The notes: generated by a model from the letters alone, not told the origin. Numbered from the stretch's first letter, positions 28,235 to 38,882 are shown. The stretch is DNA of 64,000 bases from Spirochaetota bacterium (GCA_965206985.1 CBDBLF010000009.1:15498-79497); one strand, 5' to 3'. Made by a program: numbers and translations.

Positions 28235-28711
28235 CTATGCAATGAGAATGAGATCGGCCGAGAGAAAGTCTTTTTTATTTTTATCGAAGTAAAACACGGC
28301 CTTATCAGAGGCGATTCCTTTGTTTACGCTAACCACCAAATAACACTCTGAAGAAAAAATTGATGTACTCATATCAGGTTCTGCCATCTGTTTTTTATCT
28401 TCGTTTGAAAAATAAGCTCCTACATCAATATGCGAGTGAACGATGCTGAATAAACCACCCCCCTCGTGAGATACCGCCTTTATGTCTTTGCTAAGCTTGA
28501 GTGTGTTGACCAAAAAGGCATCTTTCGAGGTGCGCGGATACAACCCGGGATCAAGAGCATGATATTTATCCTGGAGGTTTTCTGAGGGAATATATTTCAA
28601 TCTTTCATCGCCGAGTTTTAGAATCCAACCACAGCATTCAGAAGGGTATTCTTTTTCTGCATGAAGATTAATTTCTTCTAAAATACTTTTAGATATACAG
28701 AAACTTGGCAT
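28235..28711 (-). CDS. JAB/MPN (Mov34) domain metalloprotease-like protein
   Basis: JAMM signature: E in YPSECCGW, then HSHIDVGAYFSNED (HxHx7Sx2D). Confidence 0.7.
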   Translation of the reverse strand: MPSFCISKSILEEINLHAEKEYPSECCGWILKLGDERLKYIPSENLQDKYHALDPGLYPRTSKDAFLVNTLKLSKDIKAVSHEGGGLFSIVHSHIDVGAYFSNEDKKQMAEPDMSTSIFSSECYLVVSVNKGIASDKAVFYFDKNKKDFLSADLILIA

Positions 28712-28722
28712 ATGAAAAAAAA

Positions 28723-30336
28723 TTAATTTATAAAAATATATTTTACTGTCGCAACAAAGCTTTTGACACGAATTTTCTGAATTGTTTTTTCAGTTGGTTG
28801 AGAGTCAAGATGTATCAAAGTGAGAGCCACACCACCCTTACTTTTGCGAGTTAGCTGCAACGAAGCAATATTCATCTCCGCCTCGCCTAAAATTAGACCT
28901 AGCTCACCAACAACTTTTGGAATATCTTCGTTCAAAATGTATAGCATGTGTCCATCTAGTTTAAATTCAATGTTCATTTGATTTATTTCGACAATATTTC
29001 CTCCAGCGACATTAGCAATGCCTTTTAAGTTTAAGTTGCCTGATCCTGCTTGAATATTCACTTCTACTAGATTGGTTGTCTTTCTATTGGGTGATTTCTC
29101 AGAAGTAATTTGAAGACCTCGCTCTTTAGCTAATACAGGAGCATTTACAAAATTTACTCCGTCACCAAGAGCCGGCTTCAAAGCTCCTTTAGCAAAAGCG
29201 ATCTCTAGTGGTTTAAAATTCATATCCGCCAATGAACCATTTAGCGTAATTTTTACGAAATCAATTGGGTGAGATATCAAACACGTAGCAAAATAGCCCA
29301 TTTTTTCTAGAAAAACAAACCACGGTGTGAGGATATCCATTTCTTGTGGATCCAATGTCGGAAAGTTTAGAGAATTATAGGCAATACCACTTGTGAAGTA
29401 TTCAATCATGGAGGAAGCACTTTCACGAGCCACCTCAATTTGTGCTTCTTTGGTAGAGGCTCCCAAGTGAGGAGACATAATACAGTTTTCTTGTTCATAT
29501 AAAGGCTCGTTCTGGTTAGGTGGTTCTTGCTCAAATACGTCTAAACCAACACCTGCAATCTGTCCTGATTTCAAGCCCTCAACGAGAGCCTCTGTTTGAT
29601 AAATCCCCCCACGAGCACAATTAATTAACCGGACGCCTTTTTTAAGTTTGTTAAGATTTTCTGTATTAATAAGGCTTTTTGTTGCGTCGGTGAGAGGTGT
29701 ATGGACGGTGATGAAATCAGACTTTGCAAAAATATTTTCTGCATTAACAATTTCAATCTGAAGGTATTCTAAGTTTTTAACGGAAATATAGGGGTCATAA
29801 CCTATAATATTCATCTGCAAGCCACGTGCCCTTTTAACCACTTCTTTACCAATTCTACCCAAGCCAATGATACCAAGCGTTTTACCCGTAAGTTGCACCC
29901 CTTTAAATTTAGACTTCTCCCATTTCTTTTCTTTCATAGAAGAGTGTGCTTGAGGAAGTTTTCGTGCCAGAGAAAACATCAAAGCAATTGTGTGTTCGGC
30001 TGTGGAGATAGCATTACCAGCGGGGGCATTCATGACAACAACTCCCTTCTGAGAACAGGCGGGGATATCAATATTATCCACACCAACACCAGCTCGAATC
30101 ACAACTTTAAGTTGACTTGCTCGATTCATTACTCTTTTGTCAATCTTACTTGCTGAACGAACAATAAGACCATGAAATTCAGGAACTAATGCAAGTAACT
30201 CTTCTGGTGAAGTTTTTTTACGAAGCTCTACTTTGAATAACCCCGATTTCTCAAGCATAGCAACTCCTGCCGGAGATAGGTCATCAGCAATTAATATTCT
30301 ATACTCTTGGCTTCTTTGTTTCATTCTATCTAACAT
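28723..30336 (-). CDS. serA: D-3-phosphoglycerate dehydrogenase (long form with ASB/ACT domains)
   Basis: GIIGLGRIGKEV NAD site, catalytic region CARGG...SPHLGAST, about 530 aa length class. Confidence 0.9.
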   Translation of the reverse strand: MLDRMKQRSQEYRILIADDLSPAGVAMLEKSGLFKVELRKKTSPEELLALVPEFHGLIVRSASKIDKRVMNRASQLKVVIRAGVGVDNIDIPACSQKGVVVMNAPAGNAISTAEHTIALMFSLARKLPQAHSSMKEKKWEKSKFKGVQLTGKTLGIIGLGRIGKEVVKRARGLQMNIIGYDPYISVKNLEYLQIEIVNAENIFAKSDFITVHTPLTDATKSLINTENLNKLKKGVRLINCARGGIYQTEALVEGLKSGQIAGVGLDVFEQEPPNQNEPLYEQENCIMSPHLGASTKEAQIEVARESASSMIEYFTSGIAYNSLNFPTLDPQEMDILTPWFVFLEKMGYFATCLISHPIDFVKITLNGSLADMNFKPLEIAFAKGALKPALGDGVNFVNAPVLAKERGLQITSEKSPNRKTTNLVEVNIQAGSGNLNLKGIANVAGGNIVEINQMNIEFKLDGHMLYILNEDIPKVVGELGLILGEAEMNIASLQLTRKSKGGVALTLIHLDSQPTEKTIQKIRVKSFVATVKYIFIN

Positions 30337-30404
30337 TGACAGTAATTGTCGATACTTTATTTTTTTATAGACAAAGTGTCAAGTTGTCTCTTAGAGTTGA
30401 GTGC

Positions 30405-31588
30405 ATGTTACGATTTATAAAACCTCGCATTTTAACTGTATATTTCATTAAGATGTTCTTAGGAGTTTTTGTTGCTAGTGTTTTTTTTTTACGTGTCTCT
30501 TTCTTCTCTTTTATCTGAAAGATATCGTTCGACTCATTTTTCTCAAAAATATACCACCTGAGCTAATTTTTAATTTAATCTTCAATACCACAAACTGGAC
30601 TTTCTTGTACACAATTCCTATGTCTGCTTTATTATCAGTCATTATTGCTGTGGGTAATTTGAATCAAAACTCAGAAATTATTGCAGCTCAGTCGGGCGGA
30701 GCTAATTTTTTTGATTTAATAAAGCCCTATTTGTTTTTTGGAATGGCTTGTAGCGTGTTGCTTTATTTTTATCAACAAAAAGTTGTTTCACAATCTTATG
30801 GAAAAATGGAAAAGTATCTTACTCAAATTCATCAGTATCATATTATAGCTTTTATTCGCCCAGGAATCTTTACCTCACTTGATCGAACGGGTGATAAATA
30901 TAGAACTCTCTATGTCGAAAGCAAAGCAGAGAAGAATGGTCGCTCAATTTTAAAAAATATACAACTGAAAACGATTCAAAACACAAGTGAAGGTGCAAAA
31001 GTCGTGCAGTTTGTTATTGCAAGAGAAGCAGAAAAAATAAAGAAAATATCCAAATCTGGTAGAAAAATCCACACACTTAGATTATTTGACGGGCACGCAG
31101 TTATGCAAGAGAAGAATGAAAAAGAAGTTCAGGTGGTTAATTTCAATGATAGTAGTTTTGATATCCACTTGACACCGCCACAGAAACCAAAGGAATCAAA
31201 AAAAAAAAAATCGGTTATGGAGTATAGCAGTAATGAGCTTCTCAAAAAACACCAAGTTCTAAAAGAGGCAAGTCATTCTTACAAAGCCTACATACCCTAT
31301 CTCACTGAGTATCACAAAAGGATTGCACTTGCTTGCTCAGTTTTATTTTTTATATTATTAGGTTTTCCCGTCTCTATTGTTAATCAACGTACTGGGAAAG
31401 GCTTTGGTTTAGGGCTATCTCTCATATTCATTGCTATTTACTATTCATTTTATTTCTCTATTGACCAATTAGTCATGAAATACGTTTTTTTGCCACCATT
31501 TATAGTTGCTTGGTTCGGTAATTTTTCAATGATGATACTCGCGACCTATTTTTTTAGAAAAAGACTGCTCCTCTTATCGCAGCATTGA
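30405..31588 (+). pseudogene. LptF/LptG-family LPS export permease, reading frame broken at a T10 homopolymer
   Basis: N-terminus MLRFIKPRILTVYFIKMFLGVFVAS (frame of 30405) stops at 30516-30518. The frame of 30605 is already open from just after the T-run: TCLFLLFYLKDIVRLIFLKNIPPELIFNLIFNTTNWTFLYTIPMSALLSVIIAVGNLNQNSEIIAAQSGG. One extra T in 30481-30490 would join the two frames. Confidence 0.75.
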
Positions 31589-31609
31589 TGATATAAAAGT
31601 TGTAGAAAT

Positions 31610-32935
31610 ATGCCCATTGTAAACATTGATTTAACTCAAAAGATACCCACTCCTCTAAAAAAAATAGCCTTTTTTATCACCCAAAATCTAAAAGAAAATG
31701 GATATGATTCCTATCTCGTCGGTGGCTCGGTTCGTGACATGTTACTCGGAAAAAAATGTTATGATCTTGACTTCACAACAAATGCTCCCCCCCAAAAATC
31801 TATGGAAATATTTCCTCATCACGTCCCTGTTGGAGTAGAGTTTGGCACGATATTAGTGTTACATAATAAAGCAAAGATTGAACTTACTACTTACCGAATA
31901 GATTTTGACTACCAAGACGGTCGACGCCCAACTCAGGTAATGTTTGGTGAAACACTGGAGGAAGACGTAGTGCGCAGAGATTTCACTGTAAATGGGTTGG
32001 CGTATGATATCGAAAAAAAGCTTCTCTTTGATCACGTAGGAGGTTTGAGAGACATTAAGAAAAAGTATATTCGAACGATTGGCGCTCCTCTGGATCGGTT
32101 CAGGGAAGATGGTCTGCGTCCTATTCGGGCCTGTCGTTTTGCGGCTTCTCTTTCTTTTGAGCTTGATTCCATGACCTTCCTCGCAATCTCAAAAAGTAAA
32201 GACGTCATCCGCGAGGTTGCTCGGGAGAGGTTTTATGATGAATGGCGAAAAACGTTACCAATAAAAGGTAAAGAAACTTTTTGGAGACTTTTGTACGAAA
32301 CTGAAATTCATTTAATTTTTCTTCATCCATTTGCTTTTCTGGAGAATCAGGAAAAACGACAACACTTCTTCAATTTTTTAAAAATTGCTAAACCATGTGA
32401 TATGGGAATGTACATAGCTTATCTTCTTTACTTTGAATTTTATTTTAAATGCGTAGAGGCTGCAAACTCGATAAAATTTATCAATCGTCAAATAGGTGAA
32501 ATAAAAAAAGAGATCCGTTGTTCTGTATCAGACATCAGATTAGCTTTTGAATACCTCAACTCCCCTCTTTTCAATATTATTCAAGAATCTGGCATTAATA
32601 TACTCAAAAAATATCCCCTTGCTTATTTTTTGGTCGATGTGCCGACAGAAAGAATTGATGAGCATGTCCATTTTTTTTCTGAGATTTATTGTTGCGAAAA
32701 CAATGTAACGATCTCAAAAACAAAAAAAAGTATCCGAAAAAAAATTTTTGAAATACAAAAAGAAGGGTTGCCTACAAAAATGAATCAACTTGCTCTCAAT
32801 GGAAATGACCTCAAAGCCCTAGGGTATAAAAATAATGAGATCGGACATCAGTTAAGGCGTTTACATAAAGTTGTGATTCGATATCCACGATTTAATAATA
32901 TGAAAAGACTTCTACAGCTGTCACAACAAAAATGA
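31610..32935 (+). CDS. cca: tRNA nucleotidyltransferase (CCA-adding) / poly(A) polymerase family protein
   Basis: GGSVRDMLLGKKCYDLDFTT nucleotidyltransferase signature, RRDFTVNGLAY, EDGLRPIRACRFA. Confidence 0.8.
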   Translation: MPIVNIDLTQKIPTPLKKIAFFITQNLKENGYDSYLVGGSVRDMLLGKKCYDLDFTTNAPPQKSMEIFPHHVPVGVEFGTILVLHNKAKIELTTYRIDFDYQDGRRPTQVMFGETLEEDVVRRDFTVNGLAYDIEKKLLFDHVGGLRDIKKKYIRTIGAPLDRFREDGLRPIRACRFAASLSFELDSMTFLAISKSKDVIREVARERFYDEWRKTLPIKGKETFWRLLYETEIHLIFLHPFAFLENQEKRQHFFNFLKIAKPCDMGMYIAYLLYFEFYFKCVEAANSIKFINRQIGEIKKEIRCSVSDIRLAFEYLNSPLFNIIQESGINILKKYPLAYFLVDVPTERIDEHVHFFSEIYCCENNVTISKTKKSIRKKIFEIQKEGLPTKMNQLALNGNDLKALGYKNNEIGHQLRRLHKVVIRYPRFNNMKRLLQLSQQK

Positions 32936-33108
32936 GGGTAGGCATAACGCAATCGCTCAAAAAAATGAACATTTAAAGCCAATTAGAGGTAATTCAACAC
33001 GGATCAAACTTAATTAAAATCTTCCTTACACCCATTTTTATTTGACATCTCATTATTTTACCTAAATTATGGGATTTACAGAGCGTTAAAAACTCAGATT
33101 TGAACTTC

Positions 33109-33524
33109 TCAAGCTCTTGATAAGCAAAACGTTTGAATACGTTGGTTATATTTTACCTGACCAAAGATGGGCCACCTCACCAGGACGTTTATTATAAATT
33201 TGCTTATTCTATCTGTGAGATATCTTATTTCACTTCCTTGCAATAAATCAGAACGAGAAACATAGGGACACCTCTGACAACGATCAAGCCCTCTCATCTT
33301 TCGCCTCATCATACTCAAAGCTTTCTTTATCAAATTATAAAGTTCACTTGGAAATGGAAAAATTGGCACATGCTACTTGATCTAACAATGAGCATAGATA
33401 GAAACTTTGCAAAATTGAGCCCATAGAGTTGTGAGAGATGCGGGTCGAGTATCCCCCAAAGAAGAACAAGGAAAACAGTTTTACTATTGGGTAAAAAATA
33501 ATTCAAGAGAATATGACTGTCCAA
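33109..33524 (-). pseudogene. Probable degraded IS1182/IS5-superfamily transposase relic
   Basis: Fragmented ORFs in a 725-bp otherwise non-coding gap. The piece DRCQRCPYVS...RWPIFGQVKYNQRIQTFCLSRA parallels ...CVICPAREQC...IEPIFGILKQAKKFREFLLRG of the IS1182-like transposase in this window. Confidence 0.35.
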
Positions 33525-33660
33525 AATATCGGGATAGGATTACATGAGTACCATAATATAAATTTAGGATGTGAATCACAAACAATTCATCCAAAAAATT
33601 ATGCTTGGTATAACTTCTCTTTCACTGGCCTCAAATCTCGCCAGTTGTAGACAAGTCTAT

Positions 33661-34893
33661 TTACTCATTTAAAAGATGACCTAATTTGTTGGCTTTTGTA
33701 GAGAGATATTTTTCATTATGGGTATTCCGTTCAATAATGAGGGGCAATCTTTCCACGAGTTTAATACCATAGCCCTCGAGACCGACTACTTTTCTTGGGT
33801 TGTTGGTCATAAGACACATTTTTTTAACACCCAAAGTACTCAATATTTGCGCACCAATACCATAATCTCTCAAATCTGGGGGAAAACCCAACTTTTGATT
33901 GGCTTCAACAGTATCGAAACCCTTTTCTTGGTATTTATAAGCTCGCAATTTATTGACCATACCAATACCACGCCCCTCTTGCCTCATGTAGATGAGAAGT
34001 CCACTCCCATAAGATGCTATTCTTTTGAGAGCTTCCTCAAGTTGGAGGCCACAATCACACCGTAGCGAATGAAACACGTCTCCTGTGATACACTCCGAAT
34101 GCACTCTCACAAGAGTGGTTTCAGCAGGATTGATAGAACCCATCAGCAAGGCCATATGGTTTTTCCCGTCTATTTTACTTTCAAAGGCAATACTTTCAAA
34201 ATCTCCAAACTTTGTGGGTAGTTGACTACGTGCAACCTCCTCAACCATAACTTCTGAGGTGTATCGATATTGAATGAGGTCTTGGATTGTTAAGATTTTT
34301 AGATGATGTTTTTGTGCAAATTTAACTAAATCAGGCATCCGAGCCATTGTACCATCGCTCTTCATAATTTCACAAATGACAGCGACATTTTTTTTGTTTG
34401 CGAGCTTCATAAGGTCAAGAGATGCTTCTGTATGGCCAGCACGAACAAGAACACCTCCTTCCTTGCCAACCAAAGGAAAAATATGACCAGGCCTTAAAAA
34501 ATCATTTTCTCTTGCCTCAGGGTTAGTGAGTAATTTGATTGTATGTGAACGGTCATAAGCAGAAATTCCTGTAGAAGTATTCTGCTTGGCATCGACAGAA
34601 ACCGTAAAAGCTGTGCGCCTAATATCTTGGTTATTTTTAACCATTGGAGTTAAATCCAGCTCTTGTGCTCTTGCTTGGGTAATGGGGACGCAGATAAGAC
34701 CCTTTCCATAAGTTGCCATGAAATTTATAATTTCTGGAGTTGCGTTTTCGGCAGCAACAACTAGGTCACCTTCGTTCTCTCTCTCTCGAGAGTCTGTCAC
34801 AATAATTGGATTTCCTTTTTTGACTTCCTTAATAGCAGATTCAACACTCACAATTAAAGCCTGAACTCTTTTCTTCTTCTTAATTATTGGCAT
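33661..34893 (-). CDS. ribBA: Bifunctional 3,4-dihydroxy-2-butanone-4-phosphate synthase / GTP cyclohydrolase II
   Basis: RENEGDLV and GHTEAS (RibB), then HSECITGDVFHSLRCDCG and EGRGIG (RibA). Confidence 0.9.
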   Translation of the reverse strand: MPIIKKKKRVQALIVSVESAIKEVKKGNPIIVTDSRERENEGDLVVAAENATPEIINFMATYGKGLICVPITQARAQELDLTPMVKNNQDIRRTAFTVSVDAKQNTSTGISAYDRSHTIKLLTNPEARENDFLRPGHIFPLVGKEGGVLVRAGHTEASLDLMKLANKKNVAVICEIMKSDGTMARMPDLVKFAQKHHLKILTIQDLIQYRYTSEVMVEEVARSQLPTKFGDFESIAFESKIDGKNHMALLMGSINPAETTLVRVHSECITGDVFHSLRCDCGLQLEEALKRIASYGSGLLIYMRQEGRGIGMVNKLRAYKYQEKGFDTVEANQKLGFPPDLRDYGIGAQILSTLGVKKMCLMTNNPRKVVGLEGYGIKLVERLPLIIERNTHNEKYLSTKANKLGHLLNE

Positions 34894-34932
34894 ATCGAAC
34901 CAATCTCAAGTTGTTGTGAAATGTCAAGCTCT

Positions 34933-36060
34933 TTAGGTCAAATCGTTTAGGAGTTGACTATAACGGATCTTCTCACCTTTTCGTGAGGAATGTCCAAAGA
35001 TATAAACTCCAATGAGTAATGGTCTGTTGGATATTTCTGTCGTGTGAATAATCTGAGTAAATACAGTAATTGGTTGCTGTAGTTTAAAAATAATATCAAA
35101 ACTAAAACCTCCTTGGTGTATAAGAAAACGCTTTAATTCAGGGTCATCAACCCGAAGCAATAAACCAGAATAAGAAATATTAGTTATTTTCTGTTTTTTA
35201 TCAATGAGCATTGTATTGGAATCACGAATTTTATCCACCATCTCAAATGATAATATTTTTAATTGAATAACCACGTCCATTCCGATTGGTTTTTTTTTTG
35301 ATCTAAGCCTAAAATAGCCCAGTGATATGGGTTCATTGGCGTGATCGATATAAATAATAGGAACAATCACTTCAGAAACAATTTTATCTCTTCGATATTT
35401 AGCCATCTGATCCTCCATTCTGGTATTCAAATAAAAGCGATAATCCACAAAATCTTTTTCATCTACTGGTAAATACGAAGCTATTTCTTGAGTATCTCTT
35501 ATATACAGTGTCTTTGAAGACTTACGAACCAACTCAAGCAGAGGATCTTGCCGGTCAAATATGTCAATTTGAACTTCATCCGCCATACTCATAATCTGGT
35601 GTTTATATTGTGCAAAATGAACCTTAACAGAGGTCGGTACATTGAATAGAGAAGTATTAATAATATTTCTGGCTGCACGGATATTATTAATGGTCACTTG
35701 ATTATCATCGACAATTAGTTTTCTCGGCTGTTCTCTCCCATGCTGTGCCACCTTGAAAGTTTTCACTTCCAAAATATAAGTGTTAGGAGCAGTTTTTTTA
35801 ACTACTGTGCAGCTCACTTCTATATATTTTTTAAAAATTCTATAAAAAATAGTATGATGTTTTAATGCCCGTTTTGTTGTGATCTCAACATACTGCTCTC
35901 CTTTGTGGGCGATGATATTTATAGTTTCTCGTTGAATGTCATGCTTTAAGTAGTATGTCTTCCCTAGTAGATAATTTTTAATTAAGTATTGAACTTTCTC
36001 AGTTTCAACAATTTGTTGAAGTTTTCTTGGTCTTCTTTCTTTAGATTTAACTTCAGTCAT
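34933..36060 (-). CDS. Hypothetical protein with weak PilZ-like features
   Basis: The track ORF (to 36150) overlaps tRNA-Leu, so ATG 36060 (MTEVKSKERRPRK) is preferred. REQPR...NTSLFN and C-terminal NISYSG resemble the RxxxR / (D/N)xSxxG pattern only loosely. Confidence 0.4.
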   Translation of the reverse strand: MTEVKSKERRPRKLQQIVETEKVQYLIKNYLLGKTYYLKHDIQRETINIIAHKGEQYVEITTKRALKHHTIFYRIFKKYIEVSCTVVKKTAPNTYILEVKTFKVAQHGREQPRKLIVDDNQVTINNIRAARNIINTSLFNVPTSVKVHFAQYKHQIMSMADEVQIDIFDRQDPLLELVRKSSKTLYIRDTQEIASYLPVDEKDFVDYRFYLNTRMEDQMAKYRRDKIVSEVIVPIIYIDHANEPISLGYFRLRSKKKPIGMDVVIQLKILSFEMVDKIRDSNTMLIDKKQKITNISYSGLLLRVDDPELKRFLIHQGGFSFDIIFKLQQPITVFTQIIHTTEISNRPLLIGVYIFGHSSRKGEKIRYSQLLNDLT

Positions 36061-36117
36061 AGGTGATTGGACTTCTAGTCTGTTCTGTAGTTCATAACCA
36101 AGAAAAGCTGTATACAG

Positions 36118-36202
36118 TACCCGAGGCCGGACTTGAACCGGCACGGACAAAAAAGTCCCCAGGATTTTAAGTCCTGTATGTCTACCATTCCATCACTCGG
36201 GC
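36118..36202 (-). tRNA. tRNA-Leu (anticodon TAA), long variable arm
   Basis: Minus strand: GCCCGAGTGATGGAATGGTAGACATACAGGACTTAAAATCCTGGGGACTTTTTTGTCCGTGCCGGTTCAAGTCCGGCCTCGGGTA. Seven-bp acceptor (G1-U72 wobble), anticodon loop CTTAAAA, T-loop GGTTCAAGTCC. CCA is not encoded. Confidence 0.9.
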
Positions 36203-36212
36203 GATCAAATAT

Positions 36213-36284
36213 AGGCGTCGGCCGGATTCGAACCGGCGATGGAGCTTTTGCAGAGCTCTGCCTTAGCCACTTGGCCACGACGCC
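36213..36284 (-). tRNA. tRNA-Cys (anticodon GCA)
   Basis: Minus strand: GGCGTCGTGGCCAAGTGGCTAAGGCAGAGCTCTGCAAAAGCTCCATCGCCGGTTCGAATCCGGCCGACGCCT. Acceptor GGCGTCG/CGACGCC, anticodon loop CTGCAAA, discriminator U. Confidence 0.9.
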
Positions 36285-36358
36285 AAGCTTAAATTTTTAT
36301 AAAAAATAAACGCTATTGCCTTTAACACTATTCACTGTAATCTGTTAGAATACAGTCA

Positions 36359-37516
36359 TTAAGATTTAGCTTCGCCTATTGTAATTTTAAATTTTTTCTT
36401 GTTGCCATTTCTTATTACCCAAACTAGTATTTTAGCACCAACCCCTTTTCTAATAACAACACTTTTTAAATCAGAAAACTTGTTGGCTACCCTACTGTCG
36501 ATATGAGTGATAAAATCATAAGGACGAACCCCCGCTTTCCACGCGGGAGAGCCCAGGGTGACATTAGCGACCAAAAGCCCTCTTTGGTCGTTAATGTTTA
36601 ACTCTTCAAGCTGATCTGGTGTTGGGCTCGGTATGATCTGAACACCAATAAAGCCATGCTGTATTTTCTTCCCAAATTTTAATTTTTCAATTACGCTCAT
36701 CGCGTAATTCATCGGAATTGCAAAACCAATCCCGATAGAGCCTCCACCCATCCCTTGGGTATAGATCATTTGGTTAATACCAATAACCTCACCTTTTATA
36801 TTGAGGAGAGGCCCGCCAGAGTTACCGGGGTTTATGGGAGCATCTGTCTGGATTCTTGGTACTCCATCCTGGCTCTCAACATCTTGACCTTTAGAAGAAA
36901 TCACTCCCATGGTAAAAGTGGAAGAAAGACCAAAAGGATTTCCAATCGCAATGGCAAAATCGCCAACCTCAACCGATTGAGAATTGCCAATATATACCTG
37001 TTTTAACCTCTGTTTACTTTTAATTTGGAGTAAAGCGATGTCGGAAGAGGGGTCAGAACCAATGACCTTAGCGTCATGGCTTTGACCGTTAACCAGCTTG
37101 ACTTTTACCTTATCGACATACTTCCTGGAGCCTCTTTGGGAAACAACATGATGATTGGTTACAATATAGCCCTTCTGAGCATTGAGAACGAAACCAGAAC
37201 CAAGCCCTTGCTGTTTTCTTTTTTGAGGATTTTGACCCCTGGGTACGTTGAAAAAAAACCTAAAAAGTGGGTTGTTCAAAGGGGCGGCCTCAACGCGACT
37301 CTCTGTTTCTATGCGTACGACGGCGGAGTTGACTTCATCGTAAATTTGTCTCATCGCATTTTGAACAGCAATTGCGTCTTTAATGGAACGTGAGTTTTTG
37401 AGTGGATTCTCTGAAACAGCAAAAATTTGTGAGTACTGTGAGTATAATAGGAAAAGACAGAGCAAGCCTAGACAAAAATAAACAAAACGAAATTTCTCTC
37501 TCATAAATCGAAACAT
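36359..37516 (-). CDS. htrA: HtrA/DegP-family periplasmic serine endoprotease with one PDZ domain
   Basis: Catalytic triad context VTNHHVV, DIALLQI, GNSGGPLL. N-terminal signal anchor. C-terminal PDZ. Confidence 0.85.
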   Translation of the reverse strand: MFRFMREKFRFVYFCLGLLCLFLLYSQYSQIFAVSENPLKNSRSIKDAIAVQNAMRQIYDEVNSAVVRIETESRVEAAPLNNPLFRFFFNVPRGQNPQKRKQQGLGSGFVLNAQKGYIVTNHHVVSQRGSRKYVDKVKVKLVNGQSHDAKVIGSDPSSDIALLQIKSKQRLKQVYIGNSQSVEVGDFAIAIGNPFGLSSTFTMGVISSKGQDVESQDGVPRIQTDAPINPGNSGGPLLNIKGEVIGINQMIYTQGMGGGSIGIGFAIPMNYAMSVIEKLKFGKKIQHGFIGVQIIPSPTPDQLEELNINDQRGLLVANVTLGSPAWKAGVRPYDFITHIDSRVANKFSDLKSVVIRKGVGAKILVWVIRNGNKKKFKITIGEAKS

Positions 37517-37604
37517 ATTTGAACCTCTCTCGAAAACACTTAAACTATCAAATCACCAATACGAGAACATTGTTTTGAGTGTCAAGAAAAATTTTAACCA
37601 AAGT

Positions 37605-38882
37605 TGGGAGAGAGAAGGATGATAGTACCCCCCTACGACCATCATTAGTTGGTTCAGAATTGGTTCAAATCAAGTTATTTGGTTCAAAAGGCTTGGGTTT
37701 ACTGGTAGAGCAAGTGAAAGACATTTTCCTAAAAAAGGTGCATCAAAAGGCCGACGTTAAATCATCAAATAAAACAGAGGTTCCTAATGAAGCACCCTTC
37801 TCAGGTTATTTGTCTAAACAGGTATTCGGCAGTAATGCGAAATAGTAAAGACAAAAAGTTATACAGAATGCAAATGGTTCATTATGCCAAGAAGCATGGT
37901 TTCAAGCCAACAGCCAGAATGTTTAAAACGACTGTAAAAACAGTAAAAAAGTGGTTTCGTAGGTTTGAATCAGAGAAATACGTTGGCTTGGAAGACAAGA
38001 GCCACGCTCCACACTACTCACCACATGCAATCACAGACTTTGAAAAGGCTTATGTTTGCTTTCTTAAAAAGAAACGTCGAGGCTTTGGTGCTCAGGAACT
38101 GAAGAATGTTTACCAACTAGACTTGAGTGTCAAGGCCATTCGCAGAGCGTGGAGGGAGCAAGCACTCTTGAAAAAAAAGCGTAGAAAACATAAAACGAAG
38201 CAAAATTTGCGTGAAATTAAGAAATTATGGGGTTTATTTAAGCAATTTGACGTAGATACGAAGCATTTATACGATATTCCTGAGCTTTGGCCTTATATTC
38301 AGGAAAATATTGTACCGAAATATCAATATACCTTCAGAGAAGTTTTTTCTGGCTTACAATTTCTAGCTTTTGCAGATGAGTATAATATGGCATACTCTTG
38401 TCTGTTTATGGAGGTAATTTTAGATCATCTTGTAAAATCAGGGGTTGATTTAAAGAAAAATAATACGAGAGGGCAAACAGATAATGGCTCAGAGTTTATT
38501 GGTGCTTGGAATAAAAAAGGAGATTCGGAGTTTACAAAAGTATTAGCCAGTTATGGTGTGCCACACCAGACGATCCCTGCTGGAGCGCATACTTGGCAGT
38601 CTGATGTTGAAACGACTCATAGATTGATTGAGGATCACCTTTACCTGAATGAAACGTATAATTCAAGAGAAGACTTTCTCAACAAAGCTGGCTCCTATCT
38701 ATTGATGTTCAATTCAATAAGAAAAAATTCTTACAAAGAGAATAAATCGCCCTGGCAGCTGATCCGAGAGGAAAGCACAACTATTGACAAACAAATATTA
38801 AATTTACCACCGTTTCGACTGGACTATTTATTTCAAAAGATGCCAATGGTCGTAGGGGGGTACAATCCTATTCTCCATCCCT
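37605..38882 (+). mobile_element. IS481-like insertion sequence (~1.28 kb)
   Basis: Imperfect ~38-bp IRs containing a perfect 18-bp core: GTACCCCCCTACGACCAT at 37625-37642, inverted at 38846-38863. Flanked by a 15-bp perfect direct repeat AATTTTAACCAAAGT (37590-37604 / 38883-38897). Boundaries are good to within about 2 nt. Confidence 0.7.

Noticed and set aside
36075-36278. 67-aa ORF, and the N-terminal extension of the 405-aa ORF to 36150
   Set aside because: Both overlap the tRNA-Cys and tRNA-Leu genes on the same strand. Clear cloverleafs take precedence over them.
37579-37845. 88-aa ORF upstream of and overlapping the IS481-like transposase
   Set aside because: It spans the IS left IR and the transposase 5' region in another frame, with no motif.
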